A stretch of 63,883 nt of DNA, counting the filler, from Dugesia japonica (Eukaryota): the NCBI GenBank assembly GCA_001938525.1. It is 5 parts of 5 records of this genome, joined end to end, with 100 filler letters (N's around TTAATTAATTAA, not from the genome) between each part and the next. Parts side by side here need not be neighbours in the genome. Positions count along the whole stretch, not along the records: positions 36,741 to 55,588 come from MQRL01375115.1; 4 more parts are not named here. One strand, written 5' to 3'. The position numbers were made by a program, and so were the translations under genes. Of the stretch, positions 40,500 through 54,220 are shown in pieces. The notes beneath the pieces are model-generated. The model searched no databases, was not told where the DNA came from, and worked only from the letters and a program-made list of their open reading frames with translations. Position 1 is the first letter of the stretch, and every line of letters begins with the position of its first letter.

Positions 40500-43400
40500 A
40501 GGAATAATTGAAGAGAAACAGAATGTTGAAATTTAGTATGATAACATGCAAAGGAGACCTAGCATTTTAGTGATGATCAAGGGTGAACAGTTTGATTGTT
40601 TGTTAGATACAAGAGCAAGAATAAATGTGATAAGCATGGAAGGATTTAATAGACTCGGAGAAACAATGTTAGACAAAAGAGAGGAACGATTGCATTGCGC
40701 AAATAACAGCTGTAAGAAACGATTGGAAAGATACGTGTTGAAGTTGAAGTTTCAGAAGTGTGCCCGGAAGTAACATTTATAATAGTAAAGAAATTAATAC
40801 CAGATCTAATAGGGTGAGTGGAATTTCAGAATACTTTTGGGTATCATCTGCAAAAAAAGTGCAGGGTAGACATCAATAGTCATCGAGAAAATTTTGTTTG
40901 CAACATCGAGGCAAAATTTGGAAGACAAATACAGACGGGTGAACGATTGAGACATACAATGAAGATTCTAGAAATTTACAAATATTATGATTAACTGCGA
41001 TTATTCAGAATAGTGAAAATGTATTTATGGCGGATATATGGGACATTTGATGCACACAGTTAACGAAGCATCGAAAAATCACTAAAAATGATCCAATCAA
41101 CATAAAACCGTATCGCCAACCAGTGAATCTAGAGGAGAGGATTGAAGAGGCCATCAAGAATCTATAGGATAATGGTATCATCCGGAAGTGTAATTTGCAA
41201 TGGAATACGTCATTAATCTGTGTTTGGAAAAATGAAAAAAAGGATATACGATTATGGTTAGATTTTAGACAGCTTAATGCAATAACAGAAAGACAAGCTT
41301 TCCTATGCCAAATGTAGACGAAATGCTAGATGCTTTAGAAGGTACGCAGTATTTTAGCTCAATAGACTTGGAAAATGCATACTATCAAGTGGAACTTAGT
41401 GAAGAGTCTCAAGAAAATACGGCTTTTTCGGCCAAACAAAGGCAATTTTGTTTAAATAGAATGCCTTTTGGAATTGCAGCAGCACCAGGTACGTTCCAGG
41501 AAATGATGAATGAAGTAGCCGGTAAAATAAAAGGAGCGATAATTTATCTAGAGGATATTCTCATATTTACCGAAACAAAGGAGCAACACTAAGAACAGCC
41601 ATGTAAGTGTTTTTAAAAAGCAAGTCAAATTTTTTGTGTGATTGGTGATTATATTTTTAAAATTTTTTGTTTAAAAGAAAGATTTAAAGTTTTGATGAAG
41701 TATTTAAATAACAAAAATTTATTTTAATGATAAATTAAAACTTTTCAGTAAACGGAAATTTATTTTAATTTTAAATAAATAAATAAAATTTTTTGAACGA
41801 AAATTATGTTAAATAAAATAAGTTTCAATTTAAAAAATTCAAAAATGATGAATGGATAATTAAGTAAATTTTTAATAAATAAAATTTTCAAGGTGAAAGA
41901 AATTGCCTTAAATTTTAAATAAACAAATAAAATGTTTGAAATAAATTAAATTAAATGTTAAATAAATAAATTACAGTTTTAGATTTTGAAAAAGGATCAC
42001 CAATTAAAACACGGTATTTTAATTTGTTTGTTTAACAAATATTGTTGGGTATATTTTTGATTTTAATAAAGCGTTGTAATGAATTCGAATTTTTATATTG
42101 ATGATACTATGAGTGTTCCAAACTCAACTAAAAACTATTAAATAATCAATAAAGTATTAACAGAAATTAAGAAGGCTGGTCTTAGAGTTAATCTGGAAAA
42201 ATGCCAATTCATGCGAAAGGAGATCAAATTTTTGGGACACGTTATCAGTAAAGACGGTGTCAAAACAGATCCAACTAAAATAGAAGCAATTAAGAACTTT
42301 GATAAACTAAAATGCGTTAAGAAAATGAGAAGCTTTTTGAGAATTTGCAATTACTATCAAAAGTTTATTAAAGATTATTAAAGAAAGCTAGATGTAGCTG
42401 TGTAGTTGGCCAAGTAACAAGAAAATTGAATGTGCGAATGAATTAGAAGAAGTTTTTAATGGAATGAAATTAGCACTAATGATGTCTCCAATCTTATGTT
42501 TTCCAGATATAAATAGAGGATTATTTTTGGACACAGATGCGAGTTTCGATACGATTGGGGGAGTACTGTCTCAGAAGGAAAACAACGGACAAGAAAGAGT
42601 AATTACATATAGGTCACATGCAATGACGAGCAATGAGAAAGAATATTGTATTGCTCGCAATTTACTACTTTTGTATTCATTTCAAACCTTACTTATAGGG
42701 GAAGAGATTTATCCTCAGAACAGCCAATAAAGCTATCACTTTTATGCTAAATACCAAGAGGTCTATTACATCACAGTTCCACACCTCGATTAACTATTTG
42801 AGCACTTTAGATATAAAATTGGAATATAGAAAAGGATCACTTCATACAAATGCGGATATGTTGCCAAGGAAGAAATGCGGTACATGTACACAATGTCTAA
42901 CGTCATATGAAGATTCAAAAAGTGGAAAATTAAGAACAAGGATGTTAAATACAGTAGATATTCAAGGAAAACCAGGCAATTTTCGTGAAAATGATGAAGG
43001 AACATGGATACCTGATCATAAAGTAGAAGAGGTTATAATGAGGATACACCGTCTTTTGTGTCATGCTGGAGCAGAAAAGGTAGCAGCGTATATGAAGTAT
43101 AAATATAACGCGAAACATTTGTAGAGCAAAGTACAAGAGGTTGTGCAAAGCTATTTAACATGCCAGAAACCTAAAGTGTTGACAGCAAGATCGAAGGAAG
43201 AAACAAAAAATACGCAGCCAGCCAAAATGTTTGAACTGTTATTTATAGATGTGTGTGGACCACTGTCAGAGACAAGCGGTCGAAAAAATATGTTCTCAAT
43301 ATAATAGACCAATGCGGTAAGTATGTAGCGTTAATAGCAATGACAAGACAAGATGAAGATACCATACGGAAAGCAATATTGGAGAAGTGGATTTTAAAGT

Positions 43401-44340
43401 TCGGATGTCCGAGAGAAATTCAAGTTTATTGTGGGAGAGCTTTTGAGTCTAAATCAATGAAAGATTTTGCAGCTGAACATGGAATTACCCTCAGGATTTT
43501 GAGTCCATATCATCATAAAACAAATGGACAAATCCAGAGACAGTTTTGAAATATGCGAAATCTAATTAATGCAACACTTAAAGAAAGGAAAACCTCAGAT
43601 CGGGCTGATGTATTGCCAGAGATGGAATTTATATTAAACGCTACAAAAAAGAAAATTATAGGAAAAAGCCCAGCTGAAATCGTATTTGAGAAGAGAATAG
43701 GCAGAGAAAATGGTATGAAACTAAAACTTAAAGAGTGCATAAAGAATAAGAGGAAGAAATATTAACTAAAAGAAAATTCGAGATCGGTGATGAGGTCTTA
43801 GTGAAAGTTGAAACAAGAAACCAGAACCAAAATCGTTATGAAGGACCCTATAAGATTAAGAGGAAGATTCATGACGACGTTACACCCTGGAAGATACAAA
43901 CGGAAAAAGTCTTGAAACAAACTTAGAGAAGATCAAAAATTTTCTTTAAAAGGGGGATGTGAGTATGTTTTTAGCGAGTTGAAATTTTTGTGTAGTTGGT
44001 GATCGTTTTACTTGAAATGTTTTATGAAAAAGATTTAAATTGAAATGAAAAATTAAATAACTAATAAGTAATTGTTATAAATTTTGAATTTAAATTTTGA
44101 TAAGTAAATAGAAAATTTATTTTAAAAATGTTAATAAAAAATCAAATCACTTATGAGTAATTGTTTTAAATTCTGCAATTAAATTTTAACCAATAAATTG
44201 AAAATTATTTTAAAAATCTGATTTAAAAAATCAAATGACTAAGAAGTAATTGTTTTAAATTTTGAAATTAAAGCTTTAATAAATAAACTGAAAATTTATT
44301 TTAAAAATTTAAATAAAAAATCAAATGACTTTTTGATAAA
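40500..44340 (+). mobile_element. Second decayed Gypsy element (PR-RT-RH-IN + 3' LTR), same clade as 12162-18281
   Basis: LLDTRARINV (PR), IDLENAYYQ and YLEDI (RT), DTDASF (RH), SPYHHKTNGQ (IN); PPT AAAAGGGGGA then LTR starting TGTGAG at 43958; no 5' LTR or gag seen. Confidence 0.9.
41592..42133 (+). mobile_element. ~540-bp LTR-like fold-back insertion splitting the Gypsy RT
   Basis: RT reads ..KEQH | IINKVL.. on either side; ACTA at both flanks (41588-41591, 42134-42137); 5' end resembles the 8499 and 43958 LTR-like sequences; internal inverted repeat ~41607-41662 vs ~41984-42038. Confidence 0.65.
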
Positions 44341-44751
44341 TAAATATTTTTGATAAAAAAAATGTTTATATCAATACCTATAAATAATATTTTTAAAATA
44401 AATATATTTTTTATACAAAAAAAATTTAAAAAACGAAATAATATTAATTAAATATAATAATAATAATAATAATTAAATATATTAATTAGTTGTCCTAATA
44501 CGAATTTGAAAGAAACTTTAAAATTTTTAGTTCAAAATAAATTAATTTTATAATATTTTGTAAAATTAGTTCATTTTTGAATGAATTTTAAAAGAGAAAT
44601 TTATAAAAAATAATATTTATTTAAAATAATATAAATTATATGTATAAAAAACAAAAAAACAAAAAAAAAATATTTTAAAAATTTTCAAAAAAAATACAAA
44701 AATTCAAAATTAAAAAATTCTAAGTATAATATTATTAAAATTTCTAAAAGT

Positions 44752-45176
44752 GATCCACTAACTATATTTGAAAAATTAACATTATTAATTTCAGTGAAAG
44801 CTGGTCATAATAATTTACACAAAGAAATTAAATCTGTCTGTAAAGAATTATTAGATCAAGAATTAATTACCAAAGAAAAATATAATGTTTATAAAAATAA
44901 ATATTTTAGTTAAAGAAAGTGTCTCATCAATTTTTAGTTGTTGGACAAGAATCTACGTTACAAGTAGATTTAAGATTTCTAATAGAATTAGATTCGGATT
45001 ATGAAATGAGATTATTATGTTTTAGTTGTTATAATATAATTTTTAATGTTATTAGTAATAATAATACTTTTATACTCCTAAAAGTCATGAGCTGAAGCGA
45101 ATAGAAACAAGAACAAAAATCCATTGAACCAGGTGCTTATTATATTAAAGAAATATCTAGTACATTAAAAGTTTAA
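44752..45176 (+). pseudogene. Remnants of Polinton-like KAGH-motif gene end and penton 5' part
   Basis: DPLTIFEKLTLLISVKAGHNNL..LITKEKY aligns with the C-terminus of ORF 57199; (V)SHQFLVVGQE...IEPGAYYIKEI aligns with penton 58122 (MSHQFLIYGQE...LTPGAYEIKQI), in the same gene order. Confidence 0.85.
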
Positions 45177-45179
45177 ACT

Positions 45180-47850
45180 TCATTTTAATTTTTGTTTTAA
45201 TTTATCCAATCTTAAATCCCATTGTTTAAAAATTTTACAATAAAATTTATTTTCATGTGGCCAAGTTCTTACACCGTTATCTTCAATTAATCTTTTATCT
45301 TCGTAACCAGTTAAAGCTATTTTTTGTTAAATTAATTCAACTTCGTGTTTATGGGATTTTAAACTATGATTAATTCCATAAATTATTTCTTTTGGATTAT
45401 TTAAAACTTTATCATATTCTTTCATTCTTATTTTATTAATTTTTGAAACTCCTTTGTCTTTAGTTTCTAAATTTTTGTTATAATCACCTCCGGTTTGAGC
45501 TAAATCATTCTCAATTAAATAAAGTTTTGTTTTTATAAAATTACATTTAGTTATTTCTGAATTTTGATTCTCATCGTTTATTTGAAATAATTCATTACCA
45601 AGTAAACTTTCAAATTTAGTCAAATTTTCTTGTCCAATTATTTCTTCAAAAACAGAGTCAGTGTCTGAGAAATGAATTTTGTATTTATTTTGTATTTTAT
45701 TTTCTAATTGATTATATATAAAGTCATAAATTACTTCTTTTGCATATTCCAAAATAGTAAAACCTATATATGGGAATTTATTATATTTTAAATTAGTTTT
45801 TCTCATATGCATAGCAGCTGATTCAGCTTCTACAGTTTCTTTATAACTAAATATTTTGCTAGATCTAAAATTAATTTTTGAAGCAAAGGTTTGATAATCT
45901 TTATCAGTGTCAACTATTTCTACATTATATCTATTTCTTATGTTTTCTAAAGATGTACCATAAATGTAATCTACAAAGACATCATTATTTCTTTATACTT
46001 CTCTTCTTAATTCTACAAGTTTGTGAACATAATCTTTAAACTATGGTGTTGTTCGCATTTTATATTTAGAATATTATTTTTTTATTTTCATTCCTAAAGA
46101 TTTGTATAAATCTAGTGTTGAACCAAGAATAATGTAATTTTCTTTATCAAATTGATTCAATGTTATTTTAATACTTTTCTTGCTCAAATTCCTGTTAAAT
46201 GATAATTGAAAAGGAGCTAACATTACTTCAGTTATATTAATTCTATCTCGAGCTAGAGGAAAGCATTTTGTCTTTTCATGAATTTCTGGAGGATATTCTA
46301 AATCAACTTTATAAATATAATTTCTTTTAATTGTTGATTGAGTTTAAGTTAAGTCTTTAGATTCATAGATTTCACCTATTGGTAAAGGCTTAGTCATACA
46401 AGATGCATACAAAACTATTTTCATCTAGATATTTAATAAATGTATCGTCAAAATAATCAGGTGGAATTTCCTCATTTGAATTCATCATTTTTATTTAATC
46501 ATCAAATTGAGCTTTATTTATTTGTTTAGTATATGGATTTTTATTATTGTTTTGGTTAAATACTTTTCTCTCACCACATACACCTGAAAACACACTTCTA
46601 ATTCCTTTTTCTATTTTTAAGAAAATATCATAAGTTTCTTTTTTTTGCAAATTTTAAATTTACATTTGCGCAATTCATACACGTAATCCAACTATATCCT
46701 GAAGCCGAATATAAATAACATGGATCTAATTGAAGAATATTATTTTAAAATTTATCTCTAAAGTTTTCAATAAAATCTGCTAAAATAATTATATCTAATT
46801 TCATGTTATGTAACATATATTCAAATAAATTAAAATTATTTCCACCTTCGGCTTGAGCTCCGCAAAAACCTTGTAAAAATTCACTATTCTTGTTCATTTA
46901 TCTTTTGTTGCTTTAATTTATTGAAAAAATTTCTTTTGTTTGAATATCATTTGATTTTAATAATTGAATTACTTCTTTTATATTTTTTTCTTTTACATAT
47001 CCATAAGGAAATAATATTTTCTTTGGTTTTAAATTAAAAGATTTCAAATGATTATATTTTTTAGATTGATTTAATAATTTACTCATTGTTTTGATCGATG
47101 CAAAATGACATAAGTTTGCTGAATCTAAAAATCTTATATTTTTATATTGAACTGAAATGTAAATTTCATCTGTATGAGGAATTATTTTTTTAACTTTACT
47201 TGAAAGTTTTGCTAATAATTCTTTAAAAAAAATATTATCATATCCAGATCCATTGTGAAAGTAAAATGGAATAAATAAATACTTTAATGATTTATCTTGT
47301 AAATTGAATTTAGAATGAGTATAACCTCTAAATTCTCCATTAAAATGATACTGATCAATTACTGGATTTTCAGTTGAGATTATATTTTTAACACCATATC
47401 TACATTTAGTTTCTTGTGTAAATTTTGGATGCTCAGTTTCAGTATAAAATTCAATTAATTTTTTTTCTTTTATATCTTTTAATTTATTATTAATCTCTTC
47501 TAATAATTCAAAGAATTGTTCATAAAGGTTTTCTCCATAAAATTCTTTGTATTTAGTTTCCATTAAATGTGGATATTTACTCACTACATAAATTCCAAGA
47601 GATCAATTGCATCTTCTCCAGGAAGTTGGTCAAATAATGATTTGTTAATCATTTCTTTGTTTCTTTGAATTTTAATGAGATTTTGCATAATCTTGCCTTG
47701 TAAATTTTAATTTACAAATTTTACAATACAAAGGCATTTATGTGGATTTCCACAAATTGCTGAATTCAAATGTTCTTATAATCCAACTTCAGAACGAAAT
47801 GATACAAAACATTTCGGACATCTAAATCTTCTTGAAGTTGGAATGATATG
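45180..47850 (-). pseudogene. Decayed protein-primed family B DNA polymerase of a Polinton/adintovirus-like element
   Basis: FHNGSGYD, RFLDS, FPYGY, MKLDIIILADFIENFR, YIGFTILE, SDTDS, KGVSK motifs; many stops and frameshifts; homologous to 61543-63883. Confidence 0.9.
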
Positions 47851-48469
47851 TTAAATCTGCATTATTTTTAAAAAATAATTTTGCAAAAAACTTTTGAACA
47901 GACCAATTGATTATTGCTAGTCATTTTAACTATAAATAATTTAGTCATAGATTTCACATGCTTTAAAAAGGGTTATTTATATTTGGTTTATGCTTGGCTA
48001 ACTTTTAGTTTTGAAATTAAATGTTTTGTTTAAATCATTATCTATTTCACTATCTAAATATCTACCACCACTTTCATTATTTATTTTTCTTGATTTTTTA
48101 CTTATTGATTTATTTATAGTTGATGAGCTTTTTGATTTTGATAATGTTAAATTATTTCTTTTATATGTTAAACCTTTTTTTCCAGAATTTCAAAAGAATT
48201 GGTTTTAACATTAAAAATTTATTCACTATAATTATTTTTTATATATTGTTGAGATTTATCATCAAAAAAATATTTTACTCGGGGATATCTTTTTCTCTCA
48301 GGTTTAAAATTTAATTCTCTTAAATTTTTATTTAATTTTCGAACACGTATTCTCATTTCTTTAGAAATAATGGAATCTTTTAAATTTGGATCTTTAAAAA
48401 TAATTTCTTTTTTTTGAGATTTATTTAATTTGGATTTTATCAGAGATTATGATAAATTGGTCTCTGAAA

Positions 48470-51400
48470 ATCCAACCGATTCCAGAAAGAAAGCGGTAAA
48501 CCATCTCCGATTTATGAATAAATATGACAACTCAGAGTATGAAGAATCCTTCTTCCGAGAATTTCAGGCAATTGAGAAAATTCTGTAGAATAAAAAACAT
48601 GCTTCCTCGTAATAATGAAATATACAGATTTCTCTATCCAAAGATTAAAAAAGAAGATCATAAAATTGCATTGAATTCGGTTGCCTATTCTAATGTTGAT
48701 CAATCTTCTACTCCGTTAACTTCTTACTTTAAATCAACTTGTCCGAAAAACAATGATGTTACTACAGAATTGAATAATACAGATTTGGACTTAATTAACT
48801 ATCTGATTGCAAATTTTTCAATTACTGATACTGATACATTAATGACGTCTTAGACCTCACTGTCGGAAATTCTTACTCTTTCTTCTAAAAGGGTTTCTCA
48901 ATCCTTAGCTTCTGAAATTTCTAAGCCATTATTTTTTGAGAATACCAAGGAAATATTTGAAAAAACGCTATAATAACTCGTAGTAAGGCTCAGAAACAAA
49001 ATAACGCAAAAAATGAATCAGAAGAAACCTCTACTATTTATGATTACTCAGCAATGGTTAAATCGGATGCTGTTATTGATTTCAAGAGCAATTCTTGCAA
49101 CAGCTCAATTGACTCAAAACAAATGCTTTACGGTTAGCGCCCACAGTTGCCCCCACAGTTGCCCCCACAATTGCTATGTCTTTGGCAACTGTGGTGAATC
49201 CTACACTCGATAAAACTTGGTTCAGTGCTGAACAAATTAATAATTTTATGGACGCTCACTTGAATGAATGTAGCTTTGTGCATATTGATCCTTGTATTAC
49301 ACAGGTTGTTATTGCGAAGAGTGAAACCTATATTTCACTTGGCTGTGATATCGATAAACTTTCTGTTGCCTCAATTATTATTTCGGTTGTTAATCTCGCT
49401 AACCAACATTGGAACCTCTATGTGTTTGATAGATTCAAAAACATTGCGTAAAACATAGATCCATTAAAAAAACTTACAGACCTGATCTTGTTATTGAATA
49501 TGGTTTACATATAACTGCTAGTTTGAATATGGCCATAAATGACACTGTTGTGTTTATTGACAAAAATGAAATTGATAGACAGTTTCAACAAAACAGCTTT
49601 TGTTTGCAGTTATGCTACTAATTTCTGTGCAGAAAACCTTTTTTCGATCTCAATGTCTACATGGTAAGGAACTTTGTTCGCAAGGAAAAAGTAAATATTG
49701 GTCAAAGTTTTAATGATGGTGGTTGTGGTCCAATTGTTTCTTCCAAATTAGACTCAATTATTTCGATTATTGAAATCAATCAATACAACATTTTAGGTTT
49801 TGCTTATAGTTTTATTCAAAATAGTGGTTGCTTTGTTGTTGATTCAACTCTGTCTAGTGTTAATGTAGATGACGACTAGGTTTCTGAAGTAGTTTCATTT
49901 TAAATGTTTCAAGTCTCACAATATAATTTTCTGCCATTTCCTGGCTTCTGATTTAAGATTGGTGCTGTTTGTTTTCGATCTTGATGGCAAGATATCAAAT
50001 CTTCTTGATCCTAAAGCCAACAATGGCGAAGTCGTTGATAACGAAGTTTCTAGTAGACTACATGTTTTCTTTTTCAGAATTTTGCAGAAGGAAAGATATC
50101 GTTTTGACTAAACCTCTTTTCAATTTAAGCACCTTTCAAAGAAACAACAATGAAAGTGGGCTCGTTGCTTATGGCTACATTTACTCTATTGCTCATATGA
50201 ATAGATTTGATAAAGTGGATATTAGCAGCCTTAAATTAAAGTATTCTAATTTCATCAATAATAATTCTAATAGGAATATTAATAAAATTGGTTACAAACA
50301 AAATAAAGTTAACCTCATTAAAAAGAACATGAATAAATTTAATGAAATTCTTAAATTTGTCAAAAACAATGAAGGCAATATACCAAGGAATTCATTTTAT
50401 AGCTTTATTCATTCTTTTCATAAAATTAAACAGAAAATTCTGAATTTTAATATTGGAGAACGTAAATGTAACCATCGCCCAGAGATAGACCTTAACTTAA
50501 GTAATATTTTATACTATTCGAAAAAAGCAGTTTTTGAGTTAATTTAAAGTGGGGCTTCAGCTGACTGTCATCCGTCTAAGGAAGATCTTGAAGCATACTT
50601 TATATTTAAAGTCGAGGCTGGACCATTGACTAATTGGAATTTATGTCCTACTTTGAAAACTGGAAGTGATAGTTTGAATTTTTTTGTCCTGAAATCAATG
50701 TAATCAAAGACATTTTTTCAGTATTTCTGTTTTGTCTTCTAGTATTAACAACATTACATGCCAGGATCATGAATCTGTTGATCCAAACTTACAAATAATT
50801 CAGTCTTTTTAACAAAATTATTGCTTCCGGTATTACTCCAGATAGTTGGAAAGTGTATTTGACTTTGATATCCAAGCCTGACAAAAATGATTCGTACCAC
50901 TTTGTCTCGTTTTGGAGACCTATAGCCATGCTTGACTGTTTTTACAAGCTTTTAATGGCCTGTTTTGCATCTCAACCCTTGAAATGGCCTCAGAATTTGA
51001 AATTTTTAGATGGTCTGCATAAAGGTGCTGGTTAATCAGATGGCTGTTCTTAGCGCAATTTATTGCTTTGATGTCTGCTAGATTAGCAAAATAGATATGT
51101 CACGTTTAACTTGCATATCGCCTTTTTGGACAAAGCTGATGCCTTCGATAGCATAACAATCAAGCGAATTCTTGGTTTGTTGACCCAGATGGGTGTCACT
51201 GAAAAGGCTACTAGTTTAATCAGAGCTCCCTATTCTGACTGCTTCAGCTATTTCATCTGCAATCAGGTTTCTACTAATCTTATTGTTAACAGAATTGGTG
51301 TTAGACCAGGCTGTTCTCTATCTATGTTGTTATTTAACATTAGCATTAATCCTATCATTACTGAGATTTCTAAAACTGAAGGTGATGGTGTTAAATGTGC

Positions 51401-53100
51401 TGGTCATCCCATATTTTGTTTGGCATATGCAAATGATCTAGTACTTGTAGACTCTTCTAAGGCTAGCCTTCATTATATGGCCAACGTCGCTGTTAAATTT
51501 GCAAATTGGTTACATTTTGATTTTCCGCCAAGCAAGTGCACTTATTTACCTTGTCTAATAAATTGCAAGCTTGCTCAAATTGCCATTATTGGTTATCCCA
51601 AATCTGTTGAATAAAGTCTTTTATCGCTATCGTGGGGTCGATTTTAATCGTGAATACTTTCAAACACCAACGGAAATGTTTGATAAAGCAGCTAGGGATC
51701 TTGAGAAAACTTCAAATTCAGTTATATATCCTTAGCAGAAAATCCATGCGTATCGAATCTTTATTCATTCTAAGTTCTCGATCGCGTTCAATAACTTTAA
51801 CATTCCGTTAGGAAAGTTTGATTGCAGTGAGTATAATGAAAATTAGATTCTTCTTCGTCCACGAGGTTTCGATAAAAGCATTCAATCTAGCACTCAACAG
51901 ATTTTATCTGTTCCAAATACTGCTACTTCTGACAATTTATTTAGTACCCGCAAACTTGGAGAAGTTGGGCTAACTTCTGCGAGAGACGAATATTCTGTAA
52001 AATTTCTAGTTCAGACGTTCAAAATGTTTGCTTGCCCTGATAAAATTATACGGAATGTGGCTAACAACAATCTTGTCCATGTTGCGACTAAGCATCTCAA
52101 GCGTTTTAAATTGTGTTCCATAGATGAAGCACTTGATTGGCTCTCCATAGATACCACCAACTAAAATCTCATGTGTTAGTGGTCTAAGGTCGATGATGCA
52201 GTTGCTCATTTTTATAGATCGTATTAAATACAAATTAAGTTCAAACGGAACGAACTTGACATTTGTTAGCAGATAATAGATTGCATTACAGAAGAAAATT
52301 ATTTTATTTTCTTCAAGGACCGGAGAAGTCTGGACAAATTGCTACTTATTCTTTTGAGTTTGGTTCACATGAGAAAGTGGAGCAGTCTGTTGAAGGCAGG
52401 AAGGTAGTCAACTGCAATCAGTGCCTTACCTCTCTCAACTAAGCCACTATCAATATAGAAATCTGAAGGTTCATTCATAAGGCAATAACAAGCACCATTC
52501 TTATAGGGAGCAATTATGGTATGCCTTTAAATGCTCTTTTCATCTCGAAACTCAAGCATATGATTTCTGTCATTGTGGTTCTTCTTCTTCATTTTGAATT
52601 CATCAAGACACAATGACGTGCTTGAGCTAATTACCAGCTTTGTTAGATCCAACACTAGCTCTAAGGTCATTATTGATTAGAATTGTGAATTTGTCAACAG
52701 AACTGATAGAATAGATCTTTAGATGATAAATTGCGAGACTTTGCGTATTATCCTTTTAGATGTGAAGATTCCCCATGACACTTCCAATAATATTAAACTA
52801 GCCAGAGATTAATAATAATAATAATAGTAATATCGTCAAATACACATCACAAAGGTAAATATCCTGGAAAATTTGTCTGAATATAAAGTTTTCCTTAAGA
52901 CAATCGCAGTGTGATGTCTAGGATCTTGGTGTTCAGAAAATAAAAACCTGTTTTAAATCAGATAGGTTTTAAGGCTAGTGTGATTAAGAAATTTGCGTTG
53001 ATATCGATTAAAAAAATGCATTGTCTGATCGTGTAAAAATTTTCGCTTCCATAACGGACAAGCTGGTGCTATAGACAATTCTGCTAAAAAAATGTGGAAT
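48470..53100 (+). mobile_element. Decayed NeSL-like non-LTR retrotransposon (Ulp1-like protease, RT, CCHC, restriction-like endonuclease)
   Basis: WFSAEQINNFM...NLANQHWNL (C48-like); WRPIA, FLDKADAFDSI, GVRPGCSLSMLLFNI, LAYANDLVL (RT); ETQA.D.CHC..RHND and RIDL..LDVKIP (RLE); boundaries approximate. Confidence 0.85.
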
Positions 53101-53319
53101 TGCTTATGGCAGTGAGTCTGAAATGGTAGAATTGAAATAGGGTCCTAAATTTTGCGTGTTTTCTGATCTTTCTTTGTTTTCTATTCTTTTTGTTTTTTAT
53201 GTTTTCTTGCAGAATCTCCACTGGCCAAACCGGGACTCGATTAATCTTGGGGAGAGATTTCTGGTCCGAAAAATGAACATTGGATATCGTGGCGTGTGGT
53301 TTTGGGTTTGATTCTTATG

Positions 53320-54220
53320 ATTGTCCATTTATTTTACACTTTGTTTTTCAGATTTCGTAAGTCTCATGTAAAGTTTGACGATTTTAGATTATGATATTCA
53401 GAATCAGTTGAAACGTTTCTATCTAATAGATACTTTGATGTTCAAATTTGAGTTACTTTTTATTTTTTCAAAATTTGATGGTTCATCATTAGAAACTTTA
53501 ATAAGAGCAACCCATAATAAGTACTTGATTTTAATTTATTTCGTCAATAATAAATAAATTTTTATCCGTATTAATAATGATATTTGAAATATTTTTATTG
53601 GATGTTTAGTCAATTGGTAAGTATTTTCTTTTACAACTCATCAGTTCAAATACAATGAATGATCATTTATTTTACACTTTGTTTTTCGAATTTCACAGGT
53701 CTCCTATAAAAATTGACGATTTTAGATGTTGATATTTAGAATCAGCAAAACACCTTGATCCTTAAATTTGAGGGACATTTTAATTTTTTCCGTCTAATAT
53801 CATTGGTCCTCGGGGACTCCCAAGTTAAGTACATGTTTTTTCAATAACATTTTATCTATAACGTTTGATGATTTGAAGTTTACATATTAAATAGATACCT
53901 CTTTGACCAATTTTAAGATAATTTTTCAATTTTCAAAAAAAGTTATCAAATCCTGGAGGAGAGCTAAATATCTTTGTTAAGAAGCTTTTTTGTTGAGAGG
54001 ATATTTAAACTTTGTACAGTCACCTTTCCTCTTGAGAAAAATAACACCAAATTTAAAAGCATACGAGTCAGGTACGCAGAGAAAATCGAGCACTTATAAT
54101 CAAAATTTGAGATTTTTCATCACAAAACCACATTTATTTCATCCCGGATAAACTTTGGTTATTTTAGATTTATATATTTGGAATCAGCGAAAAATTGTGT
54201 CTAATAGACATAGTTATTTT
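53320..54220. repeat. Three dispersed imperfect copies of a ~100-bp unit (probable DNA-transposon subterminal repeats)
   Basis: catttattttacactttgtttttc...gattttagat...gaatcag at ~53325 and ~53664, more diverged at ~54131. Confidence 0.45.
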
